DNA from: Microbacterium sp.
GTDB lineage: Bacteria; Actinomycetota; Actinomycetes; Actinomycetales; Microbacteriaceae
NCBI RefSeq assembly: GCF_047605725.1
Contig: NZ_JASGFE010000003.1
Span: 13,683-77,682, forward strand
Length of the DNA: 64,000 nucleotides
Direction: 5' to 3'
Positions 39,079-52,322 of the stretch are shown in pieces (positions within the stretch are counted from its first letter, which is position 1; every line of letters starts with the position of its first letter). The notes below the pieces were generated by a model that did no database searches, was not told the DNA's origin, and saw only the letters and a list, made by a program, of their open reading frames with translations. The position numbers and the translations under genes are program-made.

Positions 39079-39115
39079 CCTATGAATCCTACGGTATGGT
39101 CGTTCGCGGACGTGC

Positions 39116-39198
39116 GCCGGTGTGGCGGAATGGCAGACGCGACCGACTCAAACTCGGTTGCCCGCAAGGGCGTGTGGGTTCGACTCCCACCACCGGCA
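39116..39198 (+). tRNA. tRNA-Leu (anticodon CAA)
   Basis: GCCGGTG/CACCGGC acceptor stem, ACCGA-CTCAAAC-TCGGT arm, long variable arm, GGTTCGACTCC. Confidence 0.93.
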
Positions 39199-39202
39199 CA
39201 GG

Positions 39203-40651
39203 CTACCGCTCCGCTTTGTAGATGGGAGCGGCGCCGTGGACGGCGTCGCCGACGCGGTGCACGCGGATGTCATTGGTCGACCCCACGGTGCCGGGAGGCG
39301 AGCCGGAGATCACGACGACCTTGTCGCCCACCTCGGCGAGGTCGTTCGTCAGGAGGAAATCGTCCACCTGGATGAACATGCGGTCGGTGTGGGCCACCCG
39401 CTCCACGAGTGTGGACTGCACGCCCCACGTCATCGCGAGGCGACGACGGATGCCGGGAAGCGGCGTGAACGCGTACATCGGGATCTTCGAGCGCAGCCGG
39501 GACATACGGCGCACGGAGTCGCCCGACTCGGTGAACACGCACAGATACTTCGCGTTCACGAACTCGGCGACCTCGTTCGCCGCCAGCGTGATCGCTCCGC
39601 CCTGCGTGCGCGGCGTGGCCGTCATCGGCAGGATGCGCTCCAGGCCGTGGTCCTCGGTCGACTCGATGATGCGGGCCATCGTCTCCACGACGATCACCGG
39701 GTACTCGCCGACGCTCGTCTCGCCGGAGAGCATGACGGCGTCGGCGCCGTCGAGCACGGCGTTGGCGACGTCGCTGGTCTCCGCGCGCGTGGGCACCGGG
39801 CTGGAGATCATCGACTCGAGCATCTGGGTGGCCACGATCACCGGTTTCGCCATGCGACGGCACAGCTCGACCGCCTCCTTCTGGACGATCGGCACCGCCT
39901 CCAGCGGAAGCTCCACGCCGAGGTCGCCGCGCGCGACCATGATGCCGTCGAACGCGTCGATGATGCTCTCGAGGTTCGCCACCGCCTGCGGCTTCTCGAT
40001 CTTGGCGATGACGGGGATGCGTCGCCCCTCCTCCGCCATGATCGCGTGCACACGCTGGACATCCTTGGCATCGCGCACGAAGGACAGAGCGATGATGTCG
40101 ACTCCGACCCGCAGCGCCCACCGAAGGTCCTCCTCGTCCTTCAGCGACAGCGCAGGGACGTTCACCGCGACGCCGGGCAGGTTGATGCCCTTGTTGTTGG
40201 AGACGGACCCGCCCACGACGACCTTCGTCGTCACGGCGGTGCCGTCGGTCTCCAGCACCGTCACCCGGACCTTGCCGTCATCGATGAGGAGCGTATCGCC
40301 GGGAGCGACGTCGCCCGGCAGCCCCTTGAACGTCGTGGAGACGATGTCCTTCGTTCCGGGGATGTCTTCGATGGTGATCGTGAAGATGTCGCCGGGTTCC
40401 AGCTCATGCGGACCGTCCTCGAACCTCCCGAGCCTGATCTTCGGCCCCTGCAGGTCGACGAGGATCGCCACGGCGCGATCGGCATCGGCGGAGGCCTTGC
40501 GCACATTGGCGAGGTTGTTCTCATGCACCGAGTAATCGCCGTGACTCAGGTTGAAGCGGGTGACGTCGACGCCGGCGTCGATGACTGCTCGCACCATCTC
40601 GTAGGTCGATGTCGCGGGCCCGAGGGTGGCCACGATCTTCGCGCGTCTCAC
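39203..40651 (-). CDS. pyk: Pyruvate kinase
   Basis: AKIVATLGP, DLQGPKIR, MVARGDLGVE, PTRAE..DVANA. Confidence 0.97.
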   Translation of the reverse strand: MRRAKIVATLGPATSTYEMVRAVIDAGVDVTRFNLSHGDYSVHENNLANVRKASADADRAVAILVDLQGPKIRLGRFEDGPHELEPGDIFTITIEDIPGTKDIVSTTFKGLPGDVAPGDTLLIDDGKVRVTVLETDGTAVTTKVVVGGSVSNNKGINLPGVAVNVPALSLKDEEDLRWALRVGVDIIALSFVRDAKDVQRVHAIMAEEGRRIPVIAKIEKPQAVANLESIIDAFDGIMVARGDLGVELPLEAVPIVQKEAVELCRRMAKPVIVATQMLESMISSPVPTRAETSDVANAVLDGADAVMLSGETSVGEYPVIVVETMARIIESTEDHGLERILPMTATPRTQGGAITLAANEVAEFVNAKYLCVFTESGDSVRRMSRLRSKIPMYAFTPLPGIRRRLAMTWGVQSTLVERVAHTDRMFIQVDDFLLTNDLAEVGDKVVVISGSPPGTVGSTNDIRVHRVGDAVHGAAPIYKAER

Positions 40652-40701
40652 GTGAGTGACTCCGGTTCGTTCGATTCGGTTGCCATGCGGTCTGCCCCAG
40701 C

Positions 40702-42168
40702 CTACGCGGATTGCAGGCTGATCGCGGAGTCCGTCGGTGCAACCGGTGACGGAAGCGTCGTGCGTCCCATCAGGTGCCGGTCCGCGGCGGCGGCCGCGGA
40801 CCGCCCCTCCGCTATCGCCCAGACGATGAGGGACTGCCCGCGTCCGGCGTCTCCCGCCACGAAGACGCCCGGTGCGCTCGTCTCGTACGAGGCATCGCGC
40901 TCGACGTTCCCGCGCGACGTGAAGGCCATGCCGAGCTGATCCTCCAGCGGCGTGCGCTCGGGGCCGGTGAACCCCATCGCGATCAGCACGAGGTCGGCGG
41001 GGATGTCCCGTTCGGTGCCGCTGCGCGGCACCCGACGGCCGTCGACGAACGCGGTCTCCGCCACGCGTAGCGCCCGCACCTCGCCGGCCTCGTTGCCCAG
41101 GAACTCCACGGTCGAGGCGAGGTACGTCCGTTCGCCGCCCTCCTCGTGAGCCGACTGCACCTCGAACACCGTCGGCGTCATCGGCCACGGCTGGTGGGCG
41201 GGTCTGTCCTCGGGCGGACGCAGCCCGATCGCGAGGTTCGTGACGCTCAGGGCGCCCTGCCGATGTGCGGTGCCGATGCAGTCGGCACCGGTGTCACCGC
41301 CGCCGATCACCACGACGTGCTTTCCCTTGGCCGTGATCTGATGCGCGACGGCATCCCCCGCGACCGCCCGGTTGGACTCGACGAGGTACTCCATCGCGAA
41401 GTGCACGCCGTCGAGGTCGCGGCCCGGGATCGGCAGATCGCGCGGGACGGTGCTTCCGGTGGCGATCACGACCGCGTCGTAGCGCGTGCGCAGGTCGTCC
41501 CAGGTGATGTCCCGACCGATCTCCACCCCGGCGCGGAAGCGTGTGCCCTCGTCCTGCATCTGGCGAAGGCGCGACTCCAGGTGGCGCTTCTCCATCTTGA
41601 AATCGGGGATGCCGTAGCGCAGCAGACCGCCGATGCGGTCGTCGCGCTCATACACGGCGACCGTGTGCCCTGCGCGGGTCAGCTGCTGGGCGGCGGCGAG
41701 CCCGGCCGGCCCGGAGCCGACCACGGCGACGGTCTTGCCGGTCAGTCGCGCCGGCGGCTCCGGTTCGACCCAGCCGCGCGAGAACGCCTCGTCGATGATC
41801 GAGACCTCCACCTGCTTGATCGTGACGGCAGGCTGATTGATGCCGAGCACGCACGCGCTCTCGCACGGGGCAGGGCAGAGCCGGCCCGTGAACTCGGGGA
41901 AGTTGTTCGTCGCGTGCAGGCGCTCGATGGCGCTGCGGAACTCCCCGCGCCAGGTGAGGTCGTTCCATTCCGGAATCAGATTGCCGAGCGGACAGCCCTG
42001 ATGACAGAACGGGATGCCGCAGTCCATACAGCGCCCGGCCTGTCGGCGCAGCACGGCGGTGTCACCGGGCTCGTACACCTCTTTCCAGTCCATGATCCGC
42101 ACCGGCACCGGCCGACGTGCGGGCAGCTCCCGCGTGGTCACGTTGAGAAAGCCCTTGGGGTCAGCCAC
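40702..42168 (-). CDS. gltD: Glutamate synthase small subunit
   Basis: [39 protein letters not shown]. Confidence 0.96.
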   Translation of the reverse strand: MADPKGFLNVTTRELPARRPVPVRIMDWKEVYEPGDTAVLRRQAGRCMDCGIPFCHQGCPLGNLIPEWNDLTWRGEFRSAIERLHATNNFPEFTGRLCPAPCESACVLGINQPAVTIKQVEVSIIDEAFSRGWVEPEPPARLTGKTVAVVGSGPAGLAAAQQLTRAGHTVAVYERDDRIGGLLRYGIPDFKMEKRHLESRLRQMQDEGTRFRAGVEIGRDITWDDLRTRYDAVVIATGSTVPRDLPIPGRDLDGVHFAMEYLVESNRAVAGDAVAHQITAKGKHVVVIGGGDTGADCIGTAHRQGALSVTNLAIGLRPPEDRPAHQPWPMTPTVFEVQSAHEEGGERTYLASTVEFLGNEAGEVRALRVAETAFVDGRRVPRSGTERDIPADLVLIAMGFTGPERTPLEDQLGMAFTSRGNVERDASYETSAPGVFVAGDAGRGQSLIVWAIAEGRSAAAAADRHLMGRTTLPSPVAPTDSAISLQSA

Positions 42169-45100
42169 CGGTCACCTCCAGGATGCGGGTCCATACGACA
42201 TCGCCATCGGGGTCCAGCCCCTCTGCCAAGGCATCCTCCCGGGTCTGCAGCACCGCCGCGTAATCGCGCGGGAGCACCTTCACGAACTCGTCTGCGGCCT
42301 CGTCCATCCGGCCGAGCAGCTCCGCGGCGCGGGGCGATCCGGTGCGCTCGACGTGCTCGGCGAGGAGGCTGCGCAGCACCTCGAGGTCGGCGCGGTCGAG
42401 TGTGGTGAGGGTGAGCTCGTCAGCGGCGAGGGCCTGCGCGTTGACCTTCTCACGACGCAGCCGGTGGACGTACGCGATCCCGCCGGACATGCCGGCGCCG
42501 AGGTTGCGACCGGTCTCGCCGAGGATGACGGCGAGTCCGCCGGTCATGTACTCCAGCGCGTGATCGCCGACGCCCTCCACGACGGCGGTCGCCCCCGAGT
42601 TGCGCACGAGGAACCGCTCGCCGACGATGCCGGAGATGAACAGGCTCCCCGCCGTCGCGCCATAGCCGATCACGTTCCCCGCGATGACGTTCTCGTGCGG
42701 CACGATCGTCGACGCGCGAGGCGGCCGGATCGTGATGTCGCCGCCGGAGAGTCCCTTGCCCACGTAGTCGTTCGCGTCGCCTTCCAGTCGCAGCACGATG
42801 CCCTGCGGGATGAAGGCGCCCAGTGACTGTCCGGCGGTGCCGTGCAGGGTGATGTCGATCGCCTCCCGCGGCAGGCCTTCGGCGCCGTGACGGCGCGTGA
42901 CCTCGTTGCCGAGCATGGTCCCGACCGCGCGCGCGGTGTTGCGGATCGGCACCTCGATGAGCACCGGGGCCCGGTCCACGAGCGCGTCGCGGGACATGGC
43001 GATGAGCGGGATGTCGAAGTGCTGGTCGAGCTCGTGATCCTGCGCCCGGAGATTGCGGCGCGGTGCGTCGACCGGGAAGGCCGGGCCCTCCAGGATCGGC
43101 GACAGATCGAGCCCGCTCGCCTTCCAGTGCTCGACCGCATGATCGACATCGAGCAGCTCGTTGTGGCCGATCGCCTCGTCGAGCGAGCGGAACCCGAGCT
43201 CTGCGAGGTACTCCCGCACCTCTTCGGCGATGAACTCCATGAAGTTCACGACGAACTCCGGCTTGCCGGCGAAGCGCGAGCGCAGCACCGGGTTCTGGGT
43301 GGCCACGCCCACCGGACAGGTGTCGAGGTGGCATACGCGCATCATGATGCAGCCGGACACCACGAGCGCGGTGGTGGCGAAGCCGAACTCCTCCGCGCCC
43401 AGCAGGGCCGCCACGATCACGTCGCGCCCGGTCTTGAGCTGGCCGTCAGCCTGCACCACCACGCGCGCGCGCATGTCGTTGAGCATCAGCGTCTGCTGGG
43501 TCTCGGCCAGCCCCAGCTCCCACGGGGTGCCGGCGTGCTTGAGGGAGTTCAGCGGGCTGGCGCCGGTGCCGCCGTCGTGGCCGGAGACGAGGATGACGTC
43601 GGCGAGCGCCTTCGCGGTGCCTGCAGCCACCGCGCCGATGCCCGACTGGCTCACGAGCTTGACGTGCACGCGCGCGGCGGGATTGGCGCGCTTGAGGTCG
43701 AAGATCAACTGCTTGAGGTCTTCGATCGAGTAGATGTCGTGGTGCGGCGGGGGCGAGATGAGCCCGACCCCCGGGGTGCCACCGCGCGTGCGGGCGATCC
43801 ACGGGTACACCTTCGCCGGCGGCAGCTGGCCGCCCTCGCCGGGCTTGGCGCCCTGCGCCAGCTTGATCTGGATGTCGTCGGCGTGAGTGAGGTACATGCT
43901 CGTCACGCCGAACCGTCCCGACGCGACCTGTTTGATGGCGCTGCGACGTTCCGGGTCGAGCAGGCGCTCGAGGTCCTCGCCGCCCTCGCCGGTGTTCGAC
44001 TTGCCGCCGATCCGGTTCATCGCGATCGCGAGCGTCTCGTGCGCCTCCTTGGAGATCGAGCCGTAGCTCATCGCACCCGTGGAGAAGCGCTTCACGATCG
44101 TGGAGACCGGCTCGACCTCGTCGATCGGCACGGCCGGGCGTACGCCTGTCCGTAGGCGGAACAGTCCGCGCAGCGTCTTCAGCTCGGCCGCCTGGTCGTC
44201 CACCCGGCGCGTGTACTCGCGGAAGATGTCATAGCGGCGCGTGCGCGTGGAGTGCTGAAGCCGGAAGACCGTGTCGGGGTTGAACAGGTGCGGCGGCCCC
44301 TCTCGGCGCCACTGATACTCGCCACCGGTCCACAGGCGCTCGTGCGCTCGTGCCGCCTCGTCCTCGGGGTAGGCGTAGTCGTGCCGGATCTGGTTCTCGG
44401 CCTCGATGTCCTCCAGCCCGATGCCGCCGATCTTGGACTCGGTGCCGGTGAAGTAGGTGTCGATGACGTCCTGGGCAAGGCCGATGGCCTCGAACGCCTG
44501 CGCGCCGCAGTAGGAGGCGACCGTCGAGATGCCCATCTTGGACATGATCTTCAACACGCCCTTGCCGAGCGCGTAGATGAGGTTCCGCACGGCCTTCTCG
44601 GGAGTGATCCCGCTGATGAGCCCGGTACGGACGAGGTATTCGACCGTCTCCATCGCGAGATACGGGTTCACCGCGGACGCCCCGTACCCGATGAGCGTGG
44701 CCACGTGGTGCACCTCGCGCACGTCGCCCGCCTCGACGACGAGACCGACCTTCATGCGGGTCTCGTTGCGGATGAGATGGTGATGCACGGCCGAGACCAT
44801 CAGCAGCGACGGGATCGGGGCGAGATCCTTGTTGGAGTCGCGGTCGCTCAGGATGAGGAACTCCGCTCCGCCGGCGATCGCGGCGTCGGCCTCGGCGCAC
44901 AGCTCGTCGAGGCGTGCGCGCATGGTGCCGGGACCGGCGTCGAAGTGGTACAGGCCCTTGAGCGTCACGGCCCGGCGCCCCGGCATCGTGCGCGCGATGT
45001 TCTGGATCTTGGCGAGCTCGTCGTTGTCGATCACCGGGAAGTCGAGGGTGATCTGGCGCGCGTGGTCGGGACCCCAGGACAGGAGATTGCCCTCATTGCC

Positions 45101-46756
45101 CAGGCTCGTGCGAAGGCTGGTGACGACCTCCTCGCGGATCGAGTCCAGCGGCGGGTTGGTCACCTGGGCGAACTGCTGCGTGAAGTAGTCGAACAGCAGG
45201 CGGGGGCGATCGCTGAGGGCTGCGACGGGCGTGTCGCTGCCCATCGCTCCCAGCGGCTCCGCCCCGGTCTGGCCCATCGGCGTGAGGAGGATCTTCACCT
45301 CCTCCTCGGTGTACCCGAAGGTGCGCTGGCGGCGCGTGATGGAGGCGATCGGATGCACGATGTGCTCGCGCTCGGGAAGCTCGGCCAGCTGCACGCGCTG
45401 ACGCAGCCACAGCTCCCACGGCTCCTGGTCGGCCAGCTGGGACTTGATCTCCTCGTCCTCGACGATGCGGGCCTGTGCGGTGTCGACGAGAAACATTCGC
45501 CCGGGGCGCAGTCGACCGCGGCGCTTGATGCGCTCCGGGTCGAACTCCAGCACGCCGGTCTCACTGCCGATGACGACGAGGCCGTCGGTCGTCTCGGTCC
45601 ATCGCCCGGGACGCAGACCGTTGCGGTCCAGCGTCGCTCCCACGAGCGTGCCGTCGGTGAAGATGAGTGCGGCAGGTCCGTCCCAGGGCTCCATCTGCAG
45701 CGAGTGGTAGTCGTAGAAGGCCCGCAGCCGCGGGGAGATGTCGGTCTGCTTCTCGTAGGCCTCCGGCACCATCATCATGATCGCGTGCGGGAGGCTGCGC
45801 CCGCTCAGGGTGAGGAGCTCGAGCACCTCGTCGAAGGAGGCCGAGTCACTCGCCCCGTCGGTGCAGATGGGCAGGAGGGGACGGAGGTCGCCCAGCAGCT
45901 CGGACTCCAGCTGGGACTGCCGCGCGCGCATCCAGTTGCGGTTTCCGCCGACCGTGTTGATCTCGCCGTTGTGTGCGAGCATCCGCAGCGGCTGCGCCAA
46001 CGGCCAGGACGGGAACGTGTTCGTCGAGTAGCGCGAGTGGACCACGGCGAGCTCGGTCGCGTACCGCTCGTCCTGCAGGTCGGGGTAGAACGGCTCCAAC
46101 TGGAGCGTCGTCACCATTCCCTTGTAGCCGATCGTGCGCGAGGAGAGAGAGACGAAGTAGGCGCCGAGCTCGTGCTGAGCCCGCTTGCGGAGCCGGTAGG
46201 CGAGTCGGTCCAGCGCGATGCCGGAGACCGCCGGGGCCTCGCCCGCAGCCGGGCAGGACAGGAACAGCTGCTCGAACTCGGGACGGGCCTCGTGCGCGAG
46301 CTTGCCGAGGTGCTCCTCGGCGGTGGGGACGCTGCGCCAGCCGAGGACGGTGAGACCCTCCGCCGCCGCGAGGCGCTCGATGCCCGCCTTCAGCTCCACG
46401 CGTTCGCTCGTCCCGCGCGGGAGGAAGGCCAGCCCCGCCGCGTACTCCCCGACCGGCGGCAACGCGAACCCGGTGACCGCGCGGAAGAAGACATCCGGCA
46501 TCTGGGTCAGGATGCCGGCGCCGTCACCGGTGCCGGCATCCGATCCGATGGCGCCGCGGTGCTCCAGATTGCGCAGCGCCGTGAGGGCGAGGTCGACGAT
46601 GTCATGGCCGGCGGTCCCGCGGAGCGTGGCCACCATGGCCAGGCCGCACGCGTCCTTCTCGAAGGCAGGGTTGTACATCCCCTGCCGCATCGGAAGGGCG
46701 CTGTCCACACCGCGGGGGGTGCGACCGGGACTCGTCGGCATGCGTACCGTCCTCAC
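42161..46756 (-). CDS. gltB: Glutamate synthase large subunit (start uncertain)
   Basis: [40 protein letters not shown]. Confidence 0.96.
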   Translation of the reverse strand: MRTVRMPTSPGRTPRGVDSALPMRQGMYNPAFEKDACGLAMVATLRGTAGHDIVDLALTALRNLEHRGAIGSDAGTGDGAGILTQMPDVFFRAVTGFALPPVGEYAAGLAFLPRGTSERVELKAGIERLAAAEGLTVLGWRSVPTAEEHLGKLAHEARPEFEQLFLSCPAAGEAPAVSGIALDRLAYRLRKRAQHELGAYFVSLSSRTIGYKGMVTTLQLEPFYPDLQDERYATELAVVHSRYSTNTFPSWPLAQPLRMLAHNGEINTVGGNRNWMRARQSQLESELLGDLRPLLPICTDGASDSASFDEVLELLTLSGRSLPHAIMMMVPEAYEKQTDISPRLRAFYDYHSLQMEPWDGPAALIFTDGTLVGATLDRNGLRPGRWTETTDGLVVIGSETGVLEFDPERIKRRGRLRPGRMFLVDTAQARIVEDEEIKSQLADQEPWELWLRQRVQLAELPEREHIVHPIASITRRQRTFGYTEEEVKILLTPMGQTGAEPLGAMGSDTPVAALSDRPRLLFDYFTQQFAQVTNPPLDSIREEVVTSLRTSLGNEGNLLSWGPDHARQITLDFPVIDNDELAKIQNIARTMPGRRAVTLKGLYHFDAGPGTMRARLDELCAEADAAIAGGAEFLILSDRDSNKDLAPIPSLLMVSAVHHHLIRNETRMKVGLVVEAGDVREVHHVATLIGYGASAVNPYLAMETVEYLVRTGLISGITPEKAVRNLIYALGKGVLKIMSKMGISTVASYCGAQAFEAIGLAQDVIDTYFTGTESKIGGIGLEDIEAENQIRHDYAYPEDEAARAHERLWTGGEYQWRREGPPHLFNPDTVFRLQHSTRTRRYDIFREYTRRVDDQAAELKTLRGLFRLRTGVRPAVPIDEVEPVSTIVKRFSTGAMSYGSISKEAHETLAIAMNRIGGKSNTGEGGEDLERLLDPERRSAIKQVASGRFGVTSMYLTHADDIQIKLAQGAKPGEGGQLPPAKVYPWIARTRGGTPGVGLISPPPHHDIYSIEDLKQLIFDLKRANPAARVHVKLVSQSGIGAVAAGTAKALADVILVSGHDGGTGASPLNSLKHAGTPWELGLAETQQTLMLNDMRARVVVQADGQLKTGRDVIVAALLGAEEFGFATTALVVSGCIMMRVCHLDTCPVGVATQNPVLRSRFAGKPEFVVNFMEFIAEEVREYLAELGFRSLDEAIGHNELLDVDHAVEHWKASGLDLSPILEGPAFPVDAPRRNLRAQDHELDQHFDIPLIAMSRDALVDRAPVLIEVPIRNTARAVGTMLGNEVTRRHGAEGLPREAIDITLHGTAGQSLGAFIPQGIVLRLEGDANDYVGKGLSGGDITIRPPRASTIVPHENVIAGNVIGYGATAGSLFISGIVGERFLVRNSGATAVVEGVGDHALEYMTGGLAVILGETGRNLGAGMSGGIAYVHRLRREKVNAQALAADELTLTTLDRADLEVLRSLLAEHVERTGSPRAAELLGRMDEAADEFVKVLPRDYAAVLQTREDALAEGLDPDGDVVWTRILEVTGG

Positions 46757-46809
46757 TCTGGCTTCGCAGATCTGGCTTCAGGAAGGGACGGCGTCGGCCC
46801 GGATGGATG

Positions 46810-47787
46810 CTACTTCGCGGCCGTGGTGCTCATCGCTTCGGCCTCATCGACCTCGGGTGCCGGGGGCTCGCTGGTGTCCACGTACTCGTCGGTGTTCTGC
46901 GATTGTACAGCCCCGCGACCGCCGCGTTCGCGTCCCGGCGCGTAGACGGACGGCTCCAGAGACGCATGCCGGCGGCCCTGCACGATCAGGATGGCCACGC
47001 CCACCACCACGGCGAGGATCGCCGCCCACACGTTGGTGCGAAGTCCGAGGATGATGTCGCTCGGATCGATCCGGATGTTCTCCCACACGATGCGCCCCGC
47101 GCCGTACCAGACCAGGTACAGGCCGAACAGCCGGCCCCATCGGAGCACGAGGTGCGTGCCCGCCCACAGCAGGACGACGACACCGAGCGAGTTCCAGATC
47201 ACCTCGTAGAGGAAGGTCGGGTGGAACAGGGTCCCCGCGGGGAGGCCCGACGGGATCGCGGGGTTGTCGGCGGAGATCTCCAAGCCCCACGGCAGGTCGG
47301 TGGGCAGACCGAACAGCTCCTGGTTGAACCAGTTGCCGAACCGGCCGAGAGCCTGTGCCATCAGCAGGCCCGGGGCGAGCGCGTCCGCGAAGCTCCAGAA
47401 GCGCACGCCGGTCCAACGGCATCCGAGCCACGCGCCCACGGCGCCGCCGATGAGCGCACCGAAGATGGCGATTCCGCCGTCCCAGATGTTCCAGATGGCA
47501 TCCTTCTCGAACGGGTTCCACCACTGCGCGCCCTCGCGGAAGTAGTAGGAGGCGTGCGTGAAGACGTGGTAGAACCGCGCCCCGATCAGCCCGAGCGGCA
47601 CCGCGAGGATGAGGATGTCGATGACCACCCACGGCTCCGCGCCGCGTCGCGTGAGCCGCCGGTTCGTCATGAGCGTGGCCACGACGATGCCGGTGAGGAT
47701 GCACAGCGCATAGAGGTGGATCGTCACCGGACCGATCGAGAGGCTGCTGATCGGCGGGCTCGGGATGCTGGTGAGCACGGAAGGCAT
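46810..47787 (-). CDS. lgt: Prolipoprotein diacylglyceryl transferase
   Basis: GARFYHV, QALGRFGNWFNQELFG, FHPTFLYE. Confidence 0.95.
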   Translation of the reverse strand: MPSVLTSIPSPPISSLSIGPVTIHLYALCILTGIVVATLMTNRRLTRRGAEPWVVIDILILAVPLGLIGARFYHVFTHASYYFREGAQWWNPFEKDAIWNIWDGGIAIFGALIGGAVGAWLGCRWTGVRFWSFADALAPGLLMAQALGRFGNWFNQELFGLPTDLPWGLEISADNPAIPSGLPAGTLFHPTFLYEVIWNSLGVVVLLWAGTHLVLRWGRLFGLYLVWYGAGRIVWENIRIDPSDIILGLRTNVWAAILAVVVGVAILIVQGRRHASLEPSVYAPGRERGGRGAVQSQNTDEYVDTSEPPAPEVDEAEAMSTTAAK

Positions 47788-47835
47788 GCGTACGAGTCTA
47801 GGCGGGGCACGCACGGCGCTCGACGCCCCGGCGTC

Positions 47836-47923
47836 CGAGTCACTGCTCACGCTCGCGAGTCACTGCCTTGCCAGCGAGTCACTCTGTTGCAGCGCAGTGA
47901 CTCGGCAGGAAGGCAGTGACTCG
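47836..47923. repeat. Palindromic element with tandem CGAGTCACTG arms (family B)
   Basis: CGAGTCACT(G/C) at 47836, 47856, 47875; CAGTGACTCG at 47895, 47914. Confidence 0.85.
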
Positions 47924-48008
47924 GCGGGCGAAGACGAGGGAAGAGGCCCGGGAAGAGGCGGGCGCGGGGCGGGCGAGAGGTGGGCGCGGGGCGGGAGAGA
48001 GGCGGGTC

Positions 48009-48793
48009 TCAGCGCAGCGACGTTCCGGATGCCAGGGCTCGGGCCGTCTCGGCGAGGCCCTCCAGGCCGCCGTCTCGAAGCGCACGCACCAGGGCCGTGC
48101 CCACGATGGCCCCGTCGGCGTACTCGAGCACGCCTGCGACCTGGTCGGGCGTGGAGATGCCGATGCCGACGCATGCCTTGCCCACCCCGTGCGCGCGCAG
48201 GCGTGCCACCAGGGTGTGGGATGCGGCATCCAGCTCCGCCCGCTCTCCCGTTATGCCCATCGTCGCCACCGTGTAGACGAACCCGGTCGAGCTGCGCACG
48301 ATGAGCTCGAGCCGCTCGTCGGTGGAGGTCGGCGCGGCCAGGAACACGCGGTCGAGCCCCGTTCGCTCCGACGCAGCGATCCACGCGCCCGCCGCATCGG
48401 GGGTGATGTCGGGCGTGATCAGACCGGCTCCCCCCGCGGCGAGCAGGTCGTCAGCGTAGCGGTCGACGCCGTACTGCAGCACCGGGTTCCAGTACGTCAT
48501 CACGAGGATCGGCACGTCGACGCGGGCGGAGATCGCCCGGACCGCCGTGAACGTGTCGCGCAGCCGGAAGCCGGCCGCCAGGGCCGACTGCGTCGCCTCC
48601 TGGATGACCGGGCCGTCCATGACCGGATCGGAGTACGGCGGGCCGAGCTCGAGGATGTCGGCCCCTGACTCGGCCAGGGTCACCGCAGCCTCGATGCTCG
48701 TGTCCAGGTCGGGGAAGCCGATCGGCAGGTAGCCGACGAACGCTCCCCGGCCGGCGGCGTGGGCGGACTCGATCGCCGCGGTGACCCGTGAGC

Positions 48794-48797
<4 letters not shown>
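48009..48797 (-). CDS. trpA: Tryptophan synthase alpha
   Basis: [28 protein letters not shown]. Confidence 0.95.
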
Positions 48798-49998
<1,201 letters not shown>

Positions 49999-50002
<4 letters not shown>

Positions 50003-50775
50003 CCGCCGGCCTCCAGGAACGCGTGCAGGGTCTCCACCGGGTCACCGGTGACGAGGGCCTCGCCGATGAGGACGACGTCGGCTCCCGCAGCGCGGTAGTG
50101 CGCGACGTCGGCGGGGGCGAGCACGGCCGACTCGGCGATCTTCACGGCATCCGCCGGAATGTGCTCGGCGAGACGGCCGAACAGGTCGCGGTCGAGCTCG
50201 AAGGTCGACAGGTCGCGCGCGTTCACGCCCACCAGGCGTGCGCCGACGTCGGCGGCGCGGTGCACCTCGTCGAGCGAGTGCGTCTCCACGAGCGGGGTCA
50301 TCCCGAGCTCGAGGGCGAGCGCGTGCAGCTCCGCCAGCAGCGGCTGGTCGAGCGCGGCGACGATCAAGAGGACCAGGTCGGCACCGGCCGCCCGCGCCTC
50401 GAGCACCTGGTAGGGCGTGGCGATGAAGTCCTTTCGCAGCACCGGCAGACCGACGGCGGCCTTCACGGACTCCAGGTCCGCCAGGCTCCCCTTGAAGCGG
50501 CGCCCCTCGGTCAGCACCGAGATCGCCGACGCTCCCCCGCGCTCGTACCGGCGGGCCTGCTCGGCCGGATCGGAGATCTCCGCAAGACTCCCCCGCGAAG
50601 GGCTCGCGCGCTTGATCTCGGCGATGATCTTGACGCGGTCGGACGGGGCGAGTGCCGCGAGCGCGTCGCGCGCGGGCGTCTGGGCGAGGGCGAACTCCTC
50701 CACGGCCTTGATCGGCCGGACGAGCTTACGCTCTTCGGCATCCTCCACCGCGCCGGCCGTGAGGTCGGCGAGCAT
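49999..50775 (-). CDS. trpC: Indole-3-glycerol phosphate synthase
   Basis: [27 protein letters not shown]. Confidence 0.95.
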
Positions 50776-50776
50776 G

Positions 50777-51007
50777 TCAGTGTGCTTTCGGGGTGTACTT
50801 GGGTCCGTTGACGCCGTAGCCCGCCTTGGCCATGATCCAGCCGACGATCGGCCCGATCAGGAGCAGGCCGACCGATGCCCAGACGAGGTGGGCGAGGTCG
50901 AGCCAGTAGAACAACGTCCCGAAGGCGAACGCGGCCAGCATGATGATGACGGCCGTCCAGGCGGCCGGGGAGTGTCCGTGACCCGGGTCGGCGATGGGGT
51001 TGCTCAT
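50777..51007 (-). CDS. Small HGxxPAAW-type membrane protein
   Basis: GHGHSPAAWT motif, two TM segments, conserved position before trpC. Confidence 0.8.
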   Translation of the reverse strand: MSNPIADPGHGHSPAAWTAVIIMLAAFAFGTLFYWLDLAHLVWASVGLLLIGPIVGWIMAKAGYGVNGPKYTPKAH

Positions 51008-51080
51008 GGTTCTCCTTCGCATGCGGCGCAGTACGCCGCTCCAGTGTAGCGGTGACGGGCTTCGCCGCGCCGCATCCCTG

Positions 51081-51686
51081 TCAGGCTGTCGGATCGTCGC
51101 CGCGCGACAGGTCGTCCCACGAGTCGATGGCGTCGGACCGGGCCGCGTCGTGCGGGCGCGCCGCCGCGGGGCCGGGGGCGTCGCGTCCGGTGCGGTAGCG
51201 GCTCGCGCCGCTGCGCCACGACCGCGCGGTCGCGAGGGCGATCACGCCGCCCGCGACGATCGCCGCGCCCGCGACGACCGCGAGCCACGGCCACGCCGTG
51301 CCCGCGACCTGCTCGACGAGGTCGGCGACCGCGGCGGTGCCGCTCAGGCCGGTCGCCTCGGTGACGCTCGCGGCGACCGCGTCGAGCGGACGCTGGGTCG
51401 CGATGCGCCACGACATGACCGCGATAGCGCCGCCGAGCACGAGCGCGAGGACGGCGAAGCCGTAGCGCAGCGCGACGCCCACGATCGACAGGGCGAGCCC
51501 GAGAGCGAGGGCGGCGAGGCTCAACGGCGCCAGCACCGCGACCGCGGACGCGCCGGCGACCGAGAGCGACGACGGGCCGCCACCGGCGAGTGTCACCTCC
51601 AGCCACGGCTGGGTGGACGACAGCACGCCGATCGCGCCGCCGAGGACGATCGCGAGAACGGCGAGCGTGCGGGGGCGGTGGGTCAT
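51081..51686 (-). CDS. Trp biosynthesis-associated membrane protein
   Basis: C-terminal DSWDDLSRGDDPT; located before trpC. Confidence 0.85.
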   Translation of the reverse strand: MTHRPRTLAVLAIVLGGAIGVLSSTQPWLEVTLAGGGPSSLSVAGASAVAVLAPLSLAALALGLALSIVGVALRYGFAVLALVLGGAIAVMSWRIATQRPLDAVAASVTEATGLSGTAAVADLVEQVAGTAWPWLAVVAGAAIVAGGVIALATARSWRSGASRYRTGRDAPGPAAARPHDAARSDAIDSWDDLSRGDDPTA

Positions 51687-51777
51687 CGGCCTAACGGGTG
51701 GAGGACGGAGCGTGGAAACGGCCCTACGAGCGTAGCCTGCGACGGCCGCGCACCACGCTGTTCGCGTCGATGCGCGA

Positions 51778-51854
51778 CGAAGTTCGGAGAACCGCGCGTA
51801 CTTCGGAGGATTTCGGCCCGATCGTCCGAAGTACGCGCAATACTCCGAAGTTCG
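51778..51854. repeat. Palindromic element with tandem TTCGGAG/TCCGAAG arms
   Basis: TTCGGAG at 51783 and 51802; TCCGAAG at 51825 and 51844. Confidence 0.8.
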
Positions 51855-51922
51855 TGCGGGTGCTCAGGGAGCGGATGCCGCGGGTTGGGGGCCGCGTGCG
51901 GGTGCTCAGGGAGCGGATGCCG
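51853..51922. repeat. 28-bp direct repeat (42-bp period) spanning the hisI stop
   Basis: CGTGCGGGTGCTCAGGGAGCGGATGCCG at 51853 and 51895. Confidence 0.9.
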
Positions 51923-52322
51923 GCGCGTCGGGGCCCACCGCGGGCTCGGGGCCGACCGCGGGGTCGAGGTCGACGACGGGGTCGAGGTCGTCGGCGTCGA
52001 AGCACGTGCGGGTGCCGGTGTGGCACGCGACCCCTACCTGCTCGACCGACACCAGCACGGCGTCGCCGTCGCAGTCCAGGCGCGCGCCGCGCACGAGCTG
52101 GATGTGTCCGGACGTGTCGCCCTTGCGCCAGTACTCCTGGCGCGAACGCGACCAGAACGTCACGCGGCCGGTGGTGAGCGTGCGCCGGAGCGCCTCGGCA
52201 TCCATCCACCCGAGCATGAGCACCTCGCGCGTGTCGTGCTGCTGCACGATCGCCGCGACCAGGCCGTCGGCGTTGAACGCGACGCGCGCGATGCGGTCGG
52301 CGACGCTCTCGGGCGCGTTCAC
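51906..52322 (-). CDS. hisI: Phosphoribosyl-AMP cyclohydrolase
   Basis: [32 protein letters not shown]. Confidence 0.95.
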   Translation of the reverse strand: MNAPESVADRIARVAFNADGLVAAIVQQHDTREVLMLGWMDAEALRRTLTTGRVTFWSRSRQEYWRKGDTSGHIQLVRGARLDCDGDAVLVSVEQVGVACHTGTRTCFDADDLDPVVDLDPAVGPEPAVGPDAPASAP

